Assembly: GCF_002113885.1 (NCBI RefSeq)
Contig: NW_018404672.1
Span: 248,259 to 312,258 of the forward strand
DNA from: Mizuhopecten yessoensis
Taxonomy: Eukaryota
Direction: 5' to 3'
Length of the DNA: 64,000 bases
How positions within the stretch are numbered: position 1 is the first letter of the stretch; every line of letters begins with the position of its first letter. A model generated the notes under the pieces. It was not told the DNA's origin. It was given only the letters and a program-made list of their open reading frames with translations, and did no database searches. This document shows positions 1 through 13,634 of the stretch, in pieces. A program made the translations under genes and the position numbers.

Positions 1-2120
1 ACAACATGAAACAAGGAGACACCAAAACAAAGGGAAAGACAACATGACACAAGGAGACACCAAAACAAATAGAAATACAACATGAAATAAGGAGACACCA
101 AAACATATGGAAATACAACATGAAACAAGGATACACCGTAACAAATAGAAAGACAACATGAAACAAGGAGACACCAAAACAAATGGAAATACAACATGAA
201 ACAAGGAACAACCAAAACAAATGGAAATAAAACATGAAACAAGGAGACACAAAAACAAATGGAAATACAACATGAAACAATGAGACACCAAAACAATGGG
301 AAAGACAACATGAATCAAGGAGACGTCAAAACAAAGAGAAAGACAACATGAAACAAGGAGACACCAAAACAAATGGAAAGACAACATGAACCAAGGAGAC
401 ACCAAATCAAATTGGAAAGACAACATGAAACAAGGAGACACCAAACCAAATGGAAATAAAACATGAAACAAGGAGACGTCAAAACAAAGGGAAAGACAAC
501 ATGAATCAAGGAGACACCAAAACAAAGGCAAAGACAACATGAATCAAGGAGACGTCAAAACAAAGAGAAAGACAACATGAAACAAGGAGACACCAAAACA
601 AATAGAAAGACAACATGAAACAAGGAGACCCCAAAACAAATGGAAATACAACATGAAACAAGGAGACGTCAAAACAAACGGAAAGACAACATGAAACAAG
701 GAGACCCCAAAACAAATGGAAATACAACATGAAACAAGGAGAAACCAAAACAAAGGGAAAGACAACATGAAACAAGGATACACCAAAACAAAGGGAAAGA
801 CAACATGAAACAAGGATACACCAAAACAAAGGGAAAGACAACATGAAACAAGGAGACATCAAAACAAATGGAAATACAACATGAAACAAGGAACAACCAA
901 AACAAATGGAAATAAAACATGAAACAAGGAGACGTCAAAACAAAGGGAAAGACAACATGAAACAAGGAGACATCAAAACAAATGGAAATACAACATGAAA
1001 CAAGGAACAACCAAAACAAATGGAAATACAACATGAAACAAGGAACAACCAAAACAAATGGAAATACAACATGAAACAAGGAACAACCAAAACAAATGGA
1101 AATAAAACATGAAACAAGGAGACACAAAAACAAAGGGAAATACAACATGAAACAAGGAGAAACCAAAACAAAGGGAAAGACAACATGAAACAGGGAGACA
1201 CAAAAACAAATGGAAAGACAACATGAAACAAGGAGACACCAAATCAAATGGGAAAGACAACATGAAACAAGGAGACACCAAAACAAACGGAAAGACAACA
1301 TGAAACAAGGAACAACCAAAACAAATGGAAATAAAACATGAAACAAGGAGACACAAAAACAAATGGAAATACAACATGAAACAAGGAGACACCAAAACAT
1401 ATGGGAATAAAACATGAAACAAGGATACACCGTAACAAATAGAAAGACAACATGAAACAAGGAGACCCCAAAACAAATGGAAATACAACATGAAACAAGG
1501 AGAAACCAAAACAAAGGGAAAGACAACATGAAACAGGGAGACACAAAAACAAATGGAAAGACAACATGAAACAAGGAGACACCAAATCAAATGGGAAAGA
1601 CAACATGAAACAAGGAGACACAAAAACAAAGGGAAAGACAACATGAAACAAGGAGTCGTCAAAACAAACGGAAAGACAACATGAAACAAGGAACAACCAA
1701 AACAAATGGAAATACAACATGAAACAAGGATACACCGTAACAAATAGAAAGACAACATGAAACAAGGAGACCCCAAAACAAATGGAAATACAACATGAAA
1801 CAAGGATACACCGTAACAAATAGAAAGACAACATGAAACAAGGAGACACCAAAACAAAGGGAAATACAACATGAAACAAGGAGAAACCAAAACAAAGGGA
1901 AAGACAACATGAAACAAGGAGACACCAAAACAAAGGGAAAGACAACATGACACAAGGAGACACCAAAACAAACGGAAATACAACATGTAACAAGGAGACA
2001 CCAAAACAAATGGAAATACAACATGAAACAAGGAGACACAAAAACAAATGGAAATAAAACATGAAACAAGGAGACACCAAAACAAATGGAAATACAACAT
2101 GAAACAAGGAGACGTCAAAA
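1..2120. repeat. 38-bp minisatellite, ~55 units, running off the window start
   Basis: Unit ACAACATGAAACAAGGAGACACCAAAACAAATGGAAAT with recurring variants. Confidence 0.95.
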
Positions 2121-3929
2121 AGGGGGGGGGACAAAAATAGGTTACAGAGAATCAATAACAGTTGGAATTGTAATTAACGTATGTACAATATATTGCTAAT
2201 GAAGACTGATAACCAGGACCAGAACTTCCTGGTCCTGTCTATATATAGCTGTACCAAGCTTCCTCAGCATAACGAGACAGTAGTACAAATGTTTTAAAAT
2301 GATTTTTGTTTTCATACAAGCATAGATCTATAAGTATTTTTGTGAATATTATTGAACGGTGGTCCTTTTGAAATTCAGTCCATCATTTTTTGTTTTAAGT
2401 GTAATAATTGTGAAAATACCTTCGATTTAAAATTTATCTTGATGTGGGTTTTAAGTCACTAAAATAAATACATATGGCCAGGTAGATATTATGATTGTAG
2501 TCATTCACTGCAATTGCTATTCATATTGCTATGACAACAGATTTACCTTTGGTTTCTGCAACAGTATCGATTTCAAGATGATGTAAAAAAAAAACTCAGC
2601 GTTATCTTCATTATTTAAGGAGACACGCGTCAATATTGATATCACATAGGAGGGCAGTGAGGACTACAGAAAGGACGTGTTCCCGTAGACCGCAGTAGCT
2701 GCGACAGCCTGTCCGCATCTAAGGAGCTGTCCGACCTTAGAGCGTGACCTGGATGGGCTGGATGTTTGAATCTCAGAGGCCCCAACCCTACGGTCCGTAT
2801 ATATGTATATAATTTATTAATGTACTATATTTCTACAGACTACAGCAGTATATGTTGATACTGAATACACATACATGTATATACCGACCTTTGGGTTGGG
2901 GATATGTGCCAGGCCAATATTAGTGAGGAAACATCAGCAACCTCCACGATAGCAGTTAGTGAAAGCAATCTCTCCAAACAATTAAGACATATATACGGAC
3001 CTTGGGTTTTAAGAAATGTGCCACGCCCCTGTGCCGACACAATGTGATGTCAGACATATATAGATGAATTTGTGTGTGAGGCAATGAGTGCAGATATTGT
3101 GTGTTTATGTTACATGCACGGGTTTTTATATGTTTAATAAGACATAGGTCCGAATTATGCCTTTCGTTATATAATTATGTGCCATTGACAAAGATTTAGT
3201 GTAGTTTTAGTATCCTTTGTGATTACTATGGATTCAGTGCATTTCCGGTGTGATTCAATTAAATAGAAAGGTATCCTCGATAGTCAGGTCAAACAATACA
3301 GAAAAAGACATGGAAATGAAATTTAAATTGTCATGTAAACACAAAGAAATGCTCGTGCATTTGCAGTAAAACTAAGATTTTCTCAATACTCACCTCTTTG
3401 TTTCATGTCATGCAAGCAACCAAATACAAAATCATTAATTATTTACTACACTGCCATGGCGCCTGTCTTGTGTTGTCACATTTTTATTTTACATCTATTG
3501 TTTACACTCGATAACATGTATATATCTAAAAAAAACTGTTTTAATAGTAACAGTTGCATTCGATCTCACCTAGATATCGACCTGTAGCAACTCGTGTGTC
3601 AAACGTTTAATTTCCGCATGATTCTTATTTTTCCTATTTTCGTGGTAAATCTAAACCACTAAAAGAAAAACACGATAGAAATGTGTAAACAAAACCTTAA
3701 CTCGAACCCAAAATCGATCAAACTGGGGCAAAGTTTGAACAAAGGAAAGATTTATCAGGAGAACATTGAAAAAAAAATACATTTAGAGATTAAGACAATG
3801 CGTGGGTTTCGAAACGGTTATGAGAGATCCGGGTAAGTGACAACAAAATGCAAGGCAACCTAATGTAATTAAATGTAACAAAGAAAAACTTCCATATGTA
3901 TAACGCACAAGGAAACAGACTTCCTAATG

Positions 3930-4520
3930 AGATTATGATTGCGCCAATAACACTTTTCCATAGTCTTTATCAACCGAATCTCTCAAAACCTTGTGTCGTT
4001 AGTTTGTTCGACACCATTCAACGTCTATACGAAAATCTAGACTTTCGGATCAAAAGAGTGAGTATAGAACTGCGCCATGTTAACACCATAGGTTGGGGAA
4101 GCTGGGATGTTACTGTCAAGAAAGGGAAAATTCACGACCAGAAAATCAAAATCGCAACGCTTATCATACAGGTCGGTAGAAAGTCGTTTCTGCTTGTTTT
4201 AAGTAAAGATCGAGGTAAGCGTTTGATGAGAAAAAGTCTCCATGAGGAATTCAGAATATGATCAATGTGGGGAATTTCGTAGTTTTTAAGACGGCACAAT
4301 GTTGATGTATCTGTAAGTCAAATTGAAGGACTTGGGAAAGTTTTTGTTACCAGTCTGATAAACTCATCAATAAGTTTGCTTCATATGAAAACAAGCACAA
4401 ATCGTCCAAAAAAAGGGGGCACGGTTTGTTCCCAGAAGAATGCCTAGACTGCTGGAAATTCTTGCAATCAAGCTCAACTCATATATCGTCAACCAGGAAC
4501 TCAATCATCCTCAATCCTAC
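3930..4520 (-). mobile_element. Decayed Penelope-like element reverse transcriptase fragment
   Basis: Minus-strand translation with stops and frameshifts gives EFLVDDI*VEL..FQQ..GILLGTNRAP..DLCLFSYEA, FNLTYRYIN, YLDL and LYDKRCDFDFLVVNFPFLDSNIPASPTYGV. These match the PLE RT pattern GIPMGTNCAP / RYIDD / LYDKRDDFNF.IVNFPFL.SNIP. Confidence 0.8.
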
Positions 4521-5327
4521 GTGAAGTTTGGGCCTTTTAGCTCATTAATAAAATTTGAATCACGAAAGCAAAAATAAGTAGGTCAAGAGGGGGCACAATG
4601 TATCCGCATGGGTCTTGGTTAGACTATTTCCGTCCCATAAAAAACAGATAGTCAGTTATTTCGGAGTAGCTTTCATGAGGCGGTCATACAGGCTGCTAAA
4701 CAACAATGAGAACCTTCGAATAAAATTAATCTAAACTATCAATGGAAACCCTTGAACTGAAATTGCATTAAGCAGAAGTGGCATTAAAGTCGGTATCTTA
4801 TATGATGAAGATAGGGATACATTTAATGCGTGCGTTCAATCCCAGTAACAAAGAGACCAATGGGCCTGTATCACTCACGGGCAAACACGTCTCATAGCAA
4901 GGTTCAATGTCAAATTATACAGACAACCTTGATTATAAGAAATTAACAGACTGATATCAGTAGACGACACATTGTTGGTCTTTGTTGGAAAATTTTAAAT
5001 CATTGTATTCCTGCAACCTTCATGGTTGACCAGGGTCAATCTGCCAATATTTTATCCCTAAAAAATACAGGCCAAATGTTAAGTATTAGTTAATTTATTT
5101 GAAGATATTTGATATCCTTTCATCCTATTGGCGTAGAGTCTATATACCTTGTCCATTTAAAGCTATGTCCATCAGCAAGTTATACAGGCACAATATAATT
5201 ACTCTCGACCTTACATAAGGATTGAACGGGTTTTTTTTAAATGCCGTGTAATCCTGATATTTGCATATCAAATTGTATAGTTATTATTGATCTAAATATA
5301 GATATTCACTTATGTTTTTGATATTTA

Positions 5328-5720
5328 GGGCTACATTCGCGTTACCGGTTGAAACGGTACGTGTGGCGCAGAAATTTTCTACGATAAACGAACACACTTG
5401 GACCGTTCTATAAGCAGAGCTAAAAATCCACAGTTTCGGAGAATAATAAACAATGTATCAAGAATATTATGCCCTTCTCTCACGCGTCCACTAAAATACA
5501 TAACGTATCTTAAAAAATACATGTGGCTTGACATTGTTTTAGAAAGAAATAACGCAAACTAGCAATATTCAGCAGTTTAGTTTCGGCCAGGTACGTCTGG
5601 ACCCCTCAATCTACACGTACCAAATTTTCCTGAGGTCAGACTCGGTCCAAATCTGTACCTGTCGTTTTCTTTACAGGTTCAACCGGTTCAACCGTTTCAA
5701 CCGGTAACGCGAATGTACCC
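5328..5720. mobile_element. Non-autonomous TIR element (MITE), copy 1
   Basis: TIRs GGG(C)TACATTCGCGTTACCGGTTGAAACGG / CCGTTTCAACCGGTAACGCGAATGTACCC. A second copy lies at 23870-24246. Confidence 0.85.
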
Positions 5721-6249
5721 TAAGTGTCTGTATCGTAAGTGCACACCGAGATTTCTGGAACAACCTAACGTCACTAACATGTTTGTTTTTAACGGGTGTC
5801 TCACGTTATTCGAGACCGGAGGAGAAGCTTCAAAATGACGCAGATCAAATTGCAGTCAGAGTCTTTTAAATGCAATTTCTTCTGGTAATGGTTATAGAAA
5901 AACAGTAGAAATGTAAATTTAGTTCTGCAAAAGTCAAATGAAGAGGTGTCAGTATCTTGAAGAAAAAAAGGTTCACCCCAGCAGGATACAGATCAAAAAC
6001 CGTGACCATAGGTGGCAGTTGTAGTAGTTGTTTAAAGATTTTAACATACATGTATGTGAGTTTCAGGGTTTCACAGTTAAATAAAGGGAGACTCCCTACA
6101 AATGAAGAGACATCAAACGTATGGACGTTATAGTTATGTTGGTGGTAGTAAATAAAGCGAGGTTTTTGTGGTTAGTGGTGGTAGAGGTTGAACAGTAGTT
6201 GTCATCACCCTTGGCGGCGCAGTGGTAGTGTTAGTAGCTGGTTGGTTGT

Positions 6250-9200
6250 ATTGGTATAATGGTGGACGTTGTATTGGTATAATGGTGGACGTGGTTGGTG
6301 GTGTTGGTATAATAGTGGATGTGGTTGGAGGTATTGGTATAATGGTGGACGTGGTATAGGTATAATGGTGGACGTGATTGGTAGTATTGGTATAATGGTG
6401 GATGTGATTGGCGGTATTGGTATAATGGTGGATGCGGTTGGTGGTATTGGTATAATGGTGGACGTGGTTGGTGGTATTGATATAATGGTGGATGTGGTAT
6501 TTGTATAATGGTGGACGTGGTTGATGGTATTGGTATAATAGGGGATGTGGTTGGTGGTATAGGTATAATGGTGTACGTGGTTGGTGGTATTGGTATAATA
6601 GGGGATGTGGTTGGTGGTATAGGTATAATGGTGTACGTGGTTGGTGGTATTGGTATAATAGTGGATGTGGTTGGAGGTATTGGTATAATGGTGGACGTGG
6701 TTGGTGGTATTGGTATAATGGTGGATGTGGTATTTGTATAATGGTGGACGTGGTTGATGGTATTGGTATAATAGGGGATGTGGTTGGTGGTATTGGTATA
6801 ATGGGGGATGTGGTATTTGTATAATGGTGGACGTGGTTGATGGTATTGTTATAATAGGGGATGTGGTTGGTGGTATTGGTATAATTGTGTACGTGGTTGG
6901 TGGTATTGGTATAATAGTGGATGTAGTTGGAGGTATTTGTATAATGGTGGACGTGGTATAGGTATAATGGTGGACGTGATTGGTAGTATTGATATAATGG
7001 TGGACGTGGTTGATGGTATTGGTATAATGGGGGATGTGGTTGGTGGTATTGGTATAATGGAGTACGTGGTTGGTGGTATTGGTATAATAGTGGATGTAGT
7101 TGGAGGTATTTGTATAATGGTGGACGTGGTATAGGTATAATGGTGGACGTGATTGGTAGTATTGATATAATGGTGGACGTGGTTGATGGTATTGGTATAA
7201 TGGGGGATGTGGTTGGTGGTATTGGTATAATGGGGGATGTGGTTGGTGGTATTGGTATAATTGTGAATGTGGTTGGTGGTATTGGTATAATGGTGAATGT
7301 GGTTGGTGGTATTGGTAAAATAGTGGACGTGGTTGGTGGTATTGGTATAATTGTGGATGTGGTGTGTGGTATTGGTATAATGGTGGATGGGGTTGGTGGT
7401 ATTGGTATAATGGTGGACGGGGTTGGTGGTATTGGTATAATGGGGGATGTGGTTGGTGGTATTGGTATAATTGTGGATGTGGTTGGGGGTATTGGTATAA
7501 TGGTGGATGTGGTTGGAGGTATTGGTATAATGGTGGGCGTGGTATAGGTATAATGGTGGACGTGATTGGTAGTATTGATATAATGGTGGACGTGGTTGAT
7601 GGTATTGTTATAATAGGGGATGTGGTTGGTGGTATTGGTATAATGGAGTACGTGGTTGGTGGTATTGTTATAATAGGGGATGTGGTTGGTGGTATTGGTA
7701 TAATGGGGGATGTGGTTGGTGGTATTGGTATAATGGAGTACGTGGTTGGTGGTATTGTTATAATAGGGGATGTGGTTGGTGGTATTGGTATAATGGTGTA
7801 CGTGGTTGGTGGTGTTGGTATAATAGTGGATGTAGTTGGAGGTATTGGTTTAATGGTGGACGTGGTATAGGTATAATGGTGGACGTGATTGGTAGTATTG
7901 ATATAATGGTGGACGTGGTTGATGGTATTGTTATAATAGGGGATGTGGTTGGTGGTATTGGTATAATTGTGAATGTGGTTGGTGGTATTGGTATAATGGT
8001 GGACCTGGTTGGTGGTATTGATATAATGGTGGATGTGGTTGGGGGTATTGGTATAATTGTGGATGTGGTTGGTGGTCTTGGTATAATGGTGGATGTGGTT
8101 GGTGGTATTGATATAATGGTGGATGTGGTTGGTGGGATTGGTATAATGGTGAATGTGGTTGGTGGTATTGGTAAAATAGTGGACGTGGTTGGTGGTATTG
8201 GTATAATGGTGGATGTGGTGTGTGGTATTGGTATAATGGTGGATGTGGTTGGTGGTATTGGGATAATGGTTGACGTGGCTGGTGGTATTGGTATAAGGGT
8301 GGATGTGGTTGGTGGTATTGATATAATGGGGGATGTGGTTGGTGGTATTGATATAATGGTGGATGTGGTTGGTGATATTGGTATAATGGTGGACGTGATT
8401 GATGGTATTGGTATAATGGTGGACGGGGTTGATGGTATTGGTATAATGGTGGACGGGGTTGATGGTATTGGTTTAATGGTGGATGTGGTTGGTGGTATTG
8501 GGATAATGGTTGACGTGGCTGGTGGTATTGGTATAAGGGTGGATGTGGTTGGTGGTATTGATATAATGGTGGATGTGGCTGGGGGTATTGATATAATGGT
8601 GGACGTGGTTGATGGTATTGGTTTAATTGTGGATGTGGTTGGTGGTATTGGTATACTGGTGAATGTGTTTGGTGGTATTGGTATAATGGTGGACGTGGTT
8701 GGGGGTATTGGTATAATGGTGGATGTGGTTGGTGATATTGGTATAATGGTGGACGTGATTGATGGTATTGGTATAATGGTGGACGGGGTTGATGGTATTG
8801 GTTTAATGGTGGATGTGGTTGGTGGTATTGGTTTAATGGTGGACGTGGTTTATGGTATTGGTTTAATGGTTGATGTGATTGGTGGTATTGGTATAATGGT
8901 GTACGTGGTTGATGGTATTGGTTTAATGGTGGATGTGGTTGGGGGTATTGGTATAATGGTTGACGTGGCTGGGGGTATTGGTATAATGGGGGATGTGGTT
9001 GGGGGTATTGATATAATGGTGGATGTGGTTGGTGGGATTGGTATAATGGTGGATGTGGTTGGGGGGATTGGGATAATGGTTGACGTGGCTGGTGGTATTG
9101 GGATAATGGTGGATGTGGTGTGTGGTATTGGTATAATGGTGGATGTGGTGTGTGGGATTGGTATAATGGTGGATGTGGTTGGTGGTATTGGTATAATAGT

Positions 9201-9430
9201 GGATGTGGTTGGTGGTATTGGTGTAATGGTGGACGTGGTTTATGGTATTGGTTTAATGGTGGATGTGGTTGGTGGTATTGGTGTAATGGTTGACGTGGCT
9301 GGTGGTATTGGTATAATGGTGGATGTGGTTGGTGGTATTGATATAATGGTAGACGTGGCTGGTGGTATTGGAAAAATGGTGGACGTGGTTGGTGGTATTG
9401 GTATAATGATGGGCGTGGTTGCAATTGTGG
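6250..9430. repeat. 30-bp GT-rich tandem array, ~105 units
   Basis: Unit GGTGGTATTGGTATAATGGTGGATGTGGTT. Occasional 23-nt deleted units occur in the left half. Confidence 0.95.
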
Positions 9431-11159
9431 TATATTAATAGAAGTCGTTGATGGTAGCAGTTGTGGTATAGTGGAAGGAGTGGTTGGTGGTAGTGGTATA
9501 ATGGTGGAAGGGGTTAGTGGTAGTAGTAGCAGTTGTGGTATAATGGCAGAAGTGGTTGGTTATAGTGGTATAATGGTGGCAGCAGTTGCAATTGTGGTAT
9601 TTTAATAGAAGTCGTCGGTTGTAGCAGTTGTGGTATAGTGGTAGGAGTGGTTGGTGGTGTTGGTGGTAGGAGTGGTTGGTGGTATAGTAGTAGCAGTTGT
9701 TGTCATTGCAGTAGTATTAGTAGTAGCCATGGTGGTGGTATTTATCCTGACACCAATTGGTATAAATGCAAGTTTAGTTTAAGCAGATTTTATTGCATAT
9801 TACAACAAAAGGATCACAACTTATGTATACCCTTTCCTGATAAATGCTAGTCAAGCAGAATTGAAACTTAAACAAAATCATAAAATAACACAAGGCAGTT
9901 TCTTTTTTAACTGAATTTTATTTTTTACCCACAAAAACATTTGTATATATCACAAATAGACATGGTATCAGAAAATTAAAATCCATTGAGAACCTGGTTT
10001 GACACAATTAAACGTCCAGGTATTAGCAAAAAAATAATAATATCTATTTCACTGTTTGATCATTAAAATACACATACACCATACAGTACCATAAAAATAT
10101 TCTAGAACACCTGGTAATACCCCTCATAAAATAACATTCTAAAACAGAAAACTGTTGACCTAGAAATGACCCAAAATGATACTTTTGATCAATGATGTAC
10201 ATAAGCATATCAACAAATATCACCAGAGTCTATCATATATCATATACCCATACTTCTTAACGACCCATTTAATACTTCAGTGAGTCACAGACTTGAGGAC
10301 CTGAAAAGTTTACTGATATGATTTACGCTATCATATGAAACTTTTTCTAGTTCTGACATCAAAATTAGCATCCTTTGGAAGGACTTTTATTCAACTCGCA
10401 CCTGTGTTAAAATAGTAGTTTGACGAACTTTTACCAGTTCTAACAGGGAAGCGTGATGAACTACTAACACATTCTAACAGAAAACAGTGATAAACCCCAA
10501 TCCTATTTTAACAGAGTAGCAAGATTATCTTCGACATGTTCATAAATCATTTACTTAAAAGACCTGAGCAGAATATGGTAAAGTTGCCCTAATATGTCAA
10601 TAATATATCCATGGTTAAGAAGTTTGAAATTCCTCCTGATGGAGGGAGACTTCTGATGAACACTGGGAGAGAGATTGTTATAACAACATTTATGAACACA
10701 AGTTACTATGAACTGTAGATTGTGATAACATATATACCTGATATTTTTTGCATTTAATTTGGGTTCAACATCCTCACAACAGTCAGGGTTAAATGGCGAT
10801 GGACAACTGAAGTAGGATTTATGGTGATTTTGTACTTTTACTGATTACTATGGATAAAAAGGCTCAGTCTGCTTTTATTAAAATTCGTAACAAATCTTAT
10901 AAATCTTAATAAAGAATAAGTTTACAGTCTTCAACATTTTGAGTGCTGTGATTTTAAAAGTTGGTCAAGGTCATTTATTTAAACCAAAACTGATAGGCCT
11001 TTACTCCAGTAACCTTAGTTACCTATGTTCAACAAAGCATGCCTCTGGGCCTTATGGTTGTGTAGAAGAAGTTAGTTTGAAGAATTAAACTGATAACAGG
11101 CGTAATTGCTATGGCATTAACTTAAGTCACTTTGTACCGGATGGGCTACTGTATTTCAC

Positions 11160-11480
11160 AGGTAATAAGCCCAACCCCACTTTTCCTTACCTTCCGTACA
11201 TAGAGTGGGTGACCAGTAATAAGCCCAACCCCACTTTTCCTTACCTTCCAGCCCAACCCCACTTTTCCTTACCTTCTGTACATAGAGTGGGTGACCAGTA
11301 ATAAGCCCACCCCCACTTTTCCTTACCTTCCGTACAAAGGTTGGGTGACTGTTAATAAGCCCACCCCCACTTTTCCTTACCTTCCGTACATAGGTTGGGT
11401 GACTGTTAATAAGCCCACCCCCACTTTTCCTTACTTTCCGTACATAGAGCGAGTGCCCAGTAATAAGCCTATCCCCCTTT
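11160..11480. repeat. ~54-bp tandem repeat, ~6 units
   Basis: Unit approximately GTAATAAGCCCACCCCCACTTTTCCTTACCTTCCGTACATAGAGTGGGTGACCA. Confidence 0.9.
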
Positions 11481-11912
11481 CTTCAAATTCATCAGCTATA
11501 GTAAAAAGATGTTTTTTGTAATGCTGTATGGTAATGAAAATCTCATACGCTGAATAAATTAGAATGTTATACTGAAACAATACATACACACTCTGTGCGG
11601 TCAATAGGTACATTGTAAATGACAATTTTAAGTTAAACCTACCATCACACTTTAAAATAAATACTAGGTTAATTTACATACATTGATAATTATACATGTA
11701 CAAACGATACCGAAGAACAAATAATACAGACAATTTACAGACTATAGCAGTCTTTCATATCTACAGAAAAGATGTCACAATTTTAAATATATAGCCACAA
11801 TGTTGAGAGTTTTGCCTTTTTCTATTGTACATAAGCCTTACAAAATTATATTATTGTTCCATTTATATTACTTCCTTTATATTCATACACAAAAGTTAAG
11901 GTTGCAAGACTT

Positions 11913-12003
11913 TTAACTCACTCACCCCTGAAAACACATTTAAACTCTTCCAATTCAAAGGTTAGAATTGTTCATTATGAAATTTCAGGGGCAAATGAGT
12001 TCA
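11913..12003. mobile_element. ~91-bp TTAA-flanked MITE, subfamily B
   Basis: TTAACTCACTCACCCCTG...CAGGGGCAAATGAGTT, homologous to copies at 13152, 47370 and 61013. Confidence 0.75.
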
Positions 12004-12121
12004 AGGAGCTGCAACATTTGAATTATTACAGAAAAGGATTAAGAAAACAAATTTCATTACTGTTAAAATGTGGATTAGCTCCCCTACTTTTTATTATTAA
12101 GTTGGTCCAGAGATCAAATCC

Positions 12122-12312
12122 CTATTCCGTCTTTGTGTATTGCAGAGTTATCTTCTCTTGGGGGCAGGGATTAATTGTTACGTCACTTGTTTGTGAGAGT
12201 AACGTCATCAATTTTTGAGAAAACGATGTAATTTTCTCACACAAACCAATGACGTAACAATCAATACCTGCTCCCAAGAGAAGATAACTCTGCAATACGC
12301 AAAGACGGCATA
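12122..12312. mobile_element. ~190-bp near-perfect palindromic (foldback) MITE
   Basis: CTATTCCGTCTTTGTGTATTGCAGAGTTATCTTCTCTTGGG... pairs with ...CCCAAGAGAAGATAACTCTGCAATACGCAAAGACGGCATAG. Confidence 0.8.
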
Positions 12313-12609
12313 GTAGAGAGAGAGAAAAAATTGTGAAAAATAGAATTGTTATAAATAAATTTATTTCATCTTTAACTATTTTCTTTTAATAAATGGGCAG
12401 ATAACTCTAAGTCAGAAAAAATGCAGAAAAAAAATGGAATCTTCTTTGTTGAAGATACTGGACTTCACAGAGAACTGCACATATCATCATTTAACACTGA
12501 AAATAAGCCACAGGTTCTTAATATTTTCCATTATATTAATATAAATCATTCTTTTGTATAGAAGACATCACTAATGTGGCAAAACATCATCTTTGACATC
12601 GACGAGATA

Positions 12610-12821
12610 TACTGTATACCAGGGACATTTCACTCAGTCAAACTCTCGGCCTCTTTGGCGCAATCTATATTTACCCACTGCTATTTTTTTCCGATCACAT
12701 GTAATTCTTATGCACAGTATACTTTGTATTATTATTCATTTCCGTGATAAATTTGCACTCGTTACAGAGCTTGAAAAAGGCCGAAGTAAAAACTGTGGCG
12801 AAAATTTCCTAGTCCACAGTA
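12610..12821. mobile_element. Decayed TACTGTA...CAGTA MITE
   Basis: Ends TACTGTATACCAGGGAC / GGCGAAAATTTCCTAGTCCACAGTA. A related copy lies at 17536-17731. Confidence 0.55.
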
Positions 12822-12853
12822 GCATTGTAAAATCATACACTATCACTGATGAT

Positions 12854-12944
12854 TTAACCCTTTCACCCCTATGTAACTTTAGTAGACTCTACCATGCATT
12901 GATATGGACATGTCCAGTATGGTCTACAGTGGTGAAAGGGCTAA
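12854..12944. mobile_element. ~91-bp TTAA-flanked MITE, subfamily A (piggyBac-like ends)
   Basis: TTAACCCTTTCACC...GGTGAAAGGGCTAA, with homologues at 25711, 29349, 53243 and 60500. Confidence 0.8.
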
Positions 12945-13151
12945 GTACTTAGATGATCATGTTACCATTTACCTGATAAAACATACTATCATTTCATTAA
13001 CTAGTGTTGTTCTAATTCATAGAATTTATTTGATGATTAGTCATTTCCCCTCCAACTACGGATAATCAATCATGATTTTCTATAATCAATCATGGTTTGA
13101 CTATTACATCAAAACTTTCAAGTGTCATTGAAAATCCAACCCGACAACTGA

Positions 13152-13242
13152 TTAACTCATTCACCCCTGTGGACACATTTGAACTCTCTCAATTCATAGG
13201 TTGGAATAGTTCATTATGAAATTTCAGGGGTGAATGAGTTAA
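13152..13242. mobile_element. ~91-bp TTAA-flanked MITE, subfamily B
   Basis: TTAACTCATTCACCCCTG...CAGGGGTGAATGAGTTAA. Confidence 0.85.
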
Positions 13243-13634
13243 GCAAACTACCATAATACTGCATTCAAACAATGATCCTGTCTTAAGCTAGGTAGTTGAA
13301 AATACACCATATAATTATCCATTTTAGGGAATGCTTCTCTACATACTTTTGTTTCATTTATGGTCTATTATTGATAAATCACTGGGGTTTTTTGAGAAAT
13401 ATCATGATAACTATCACATTTCCTATGACAAATGAGAAGTGATATTAAGTGAAATCTACTGTAGTCATAATTAATGATAATGAATCTTGAAATACTGTAA
13501 GAAGTGGAATTTTTCACGTCTGTAAATGTTTGTTTTGTGACTTTTTAAACTGATATCATTGAGGAAGTTTTGAGATGAGACGTTTGTCTTTGTTGTGACA
13601 AGATTTGGTAGGAGACACCCGATTAGCGATGACA

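Noticed and set aside
315-2155. Long hydrophobic Cys/Phe-rich ORFs on the minus strand
   Set aside because: They are open in all three frames because the 38-bp unit (not a multiple of 3) lacks stop codons. This is a repeat artefact.
3896-4261. 121-aa plus-strand ORF
   Set aside because: It is antisense to the decayed Penelope-like RT.
6269-9438. GGIGIMVDVV (+) and QYHQPHPPLY (-) ORFs of up to 520 aa
   Set aside because: They are frames of the 30-bp array with no unique domain or signal peptide, and frameshifting units are present. Only the PTS frame has flank support.
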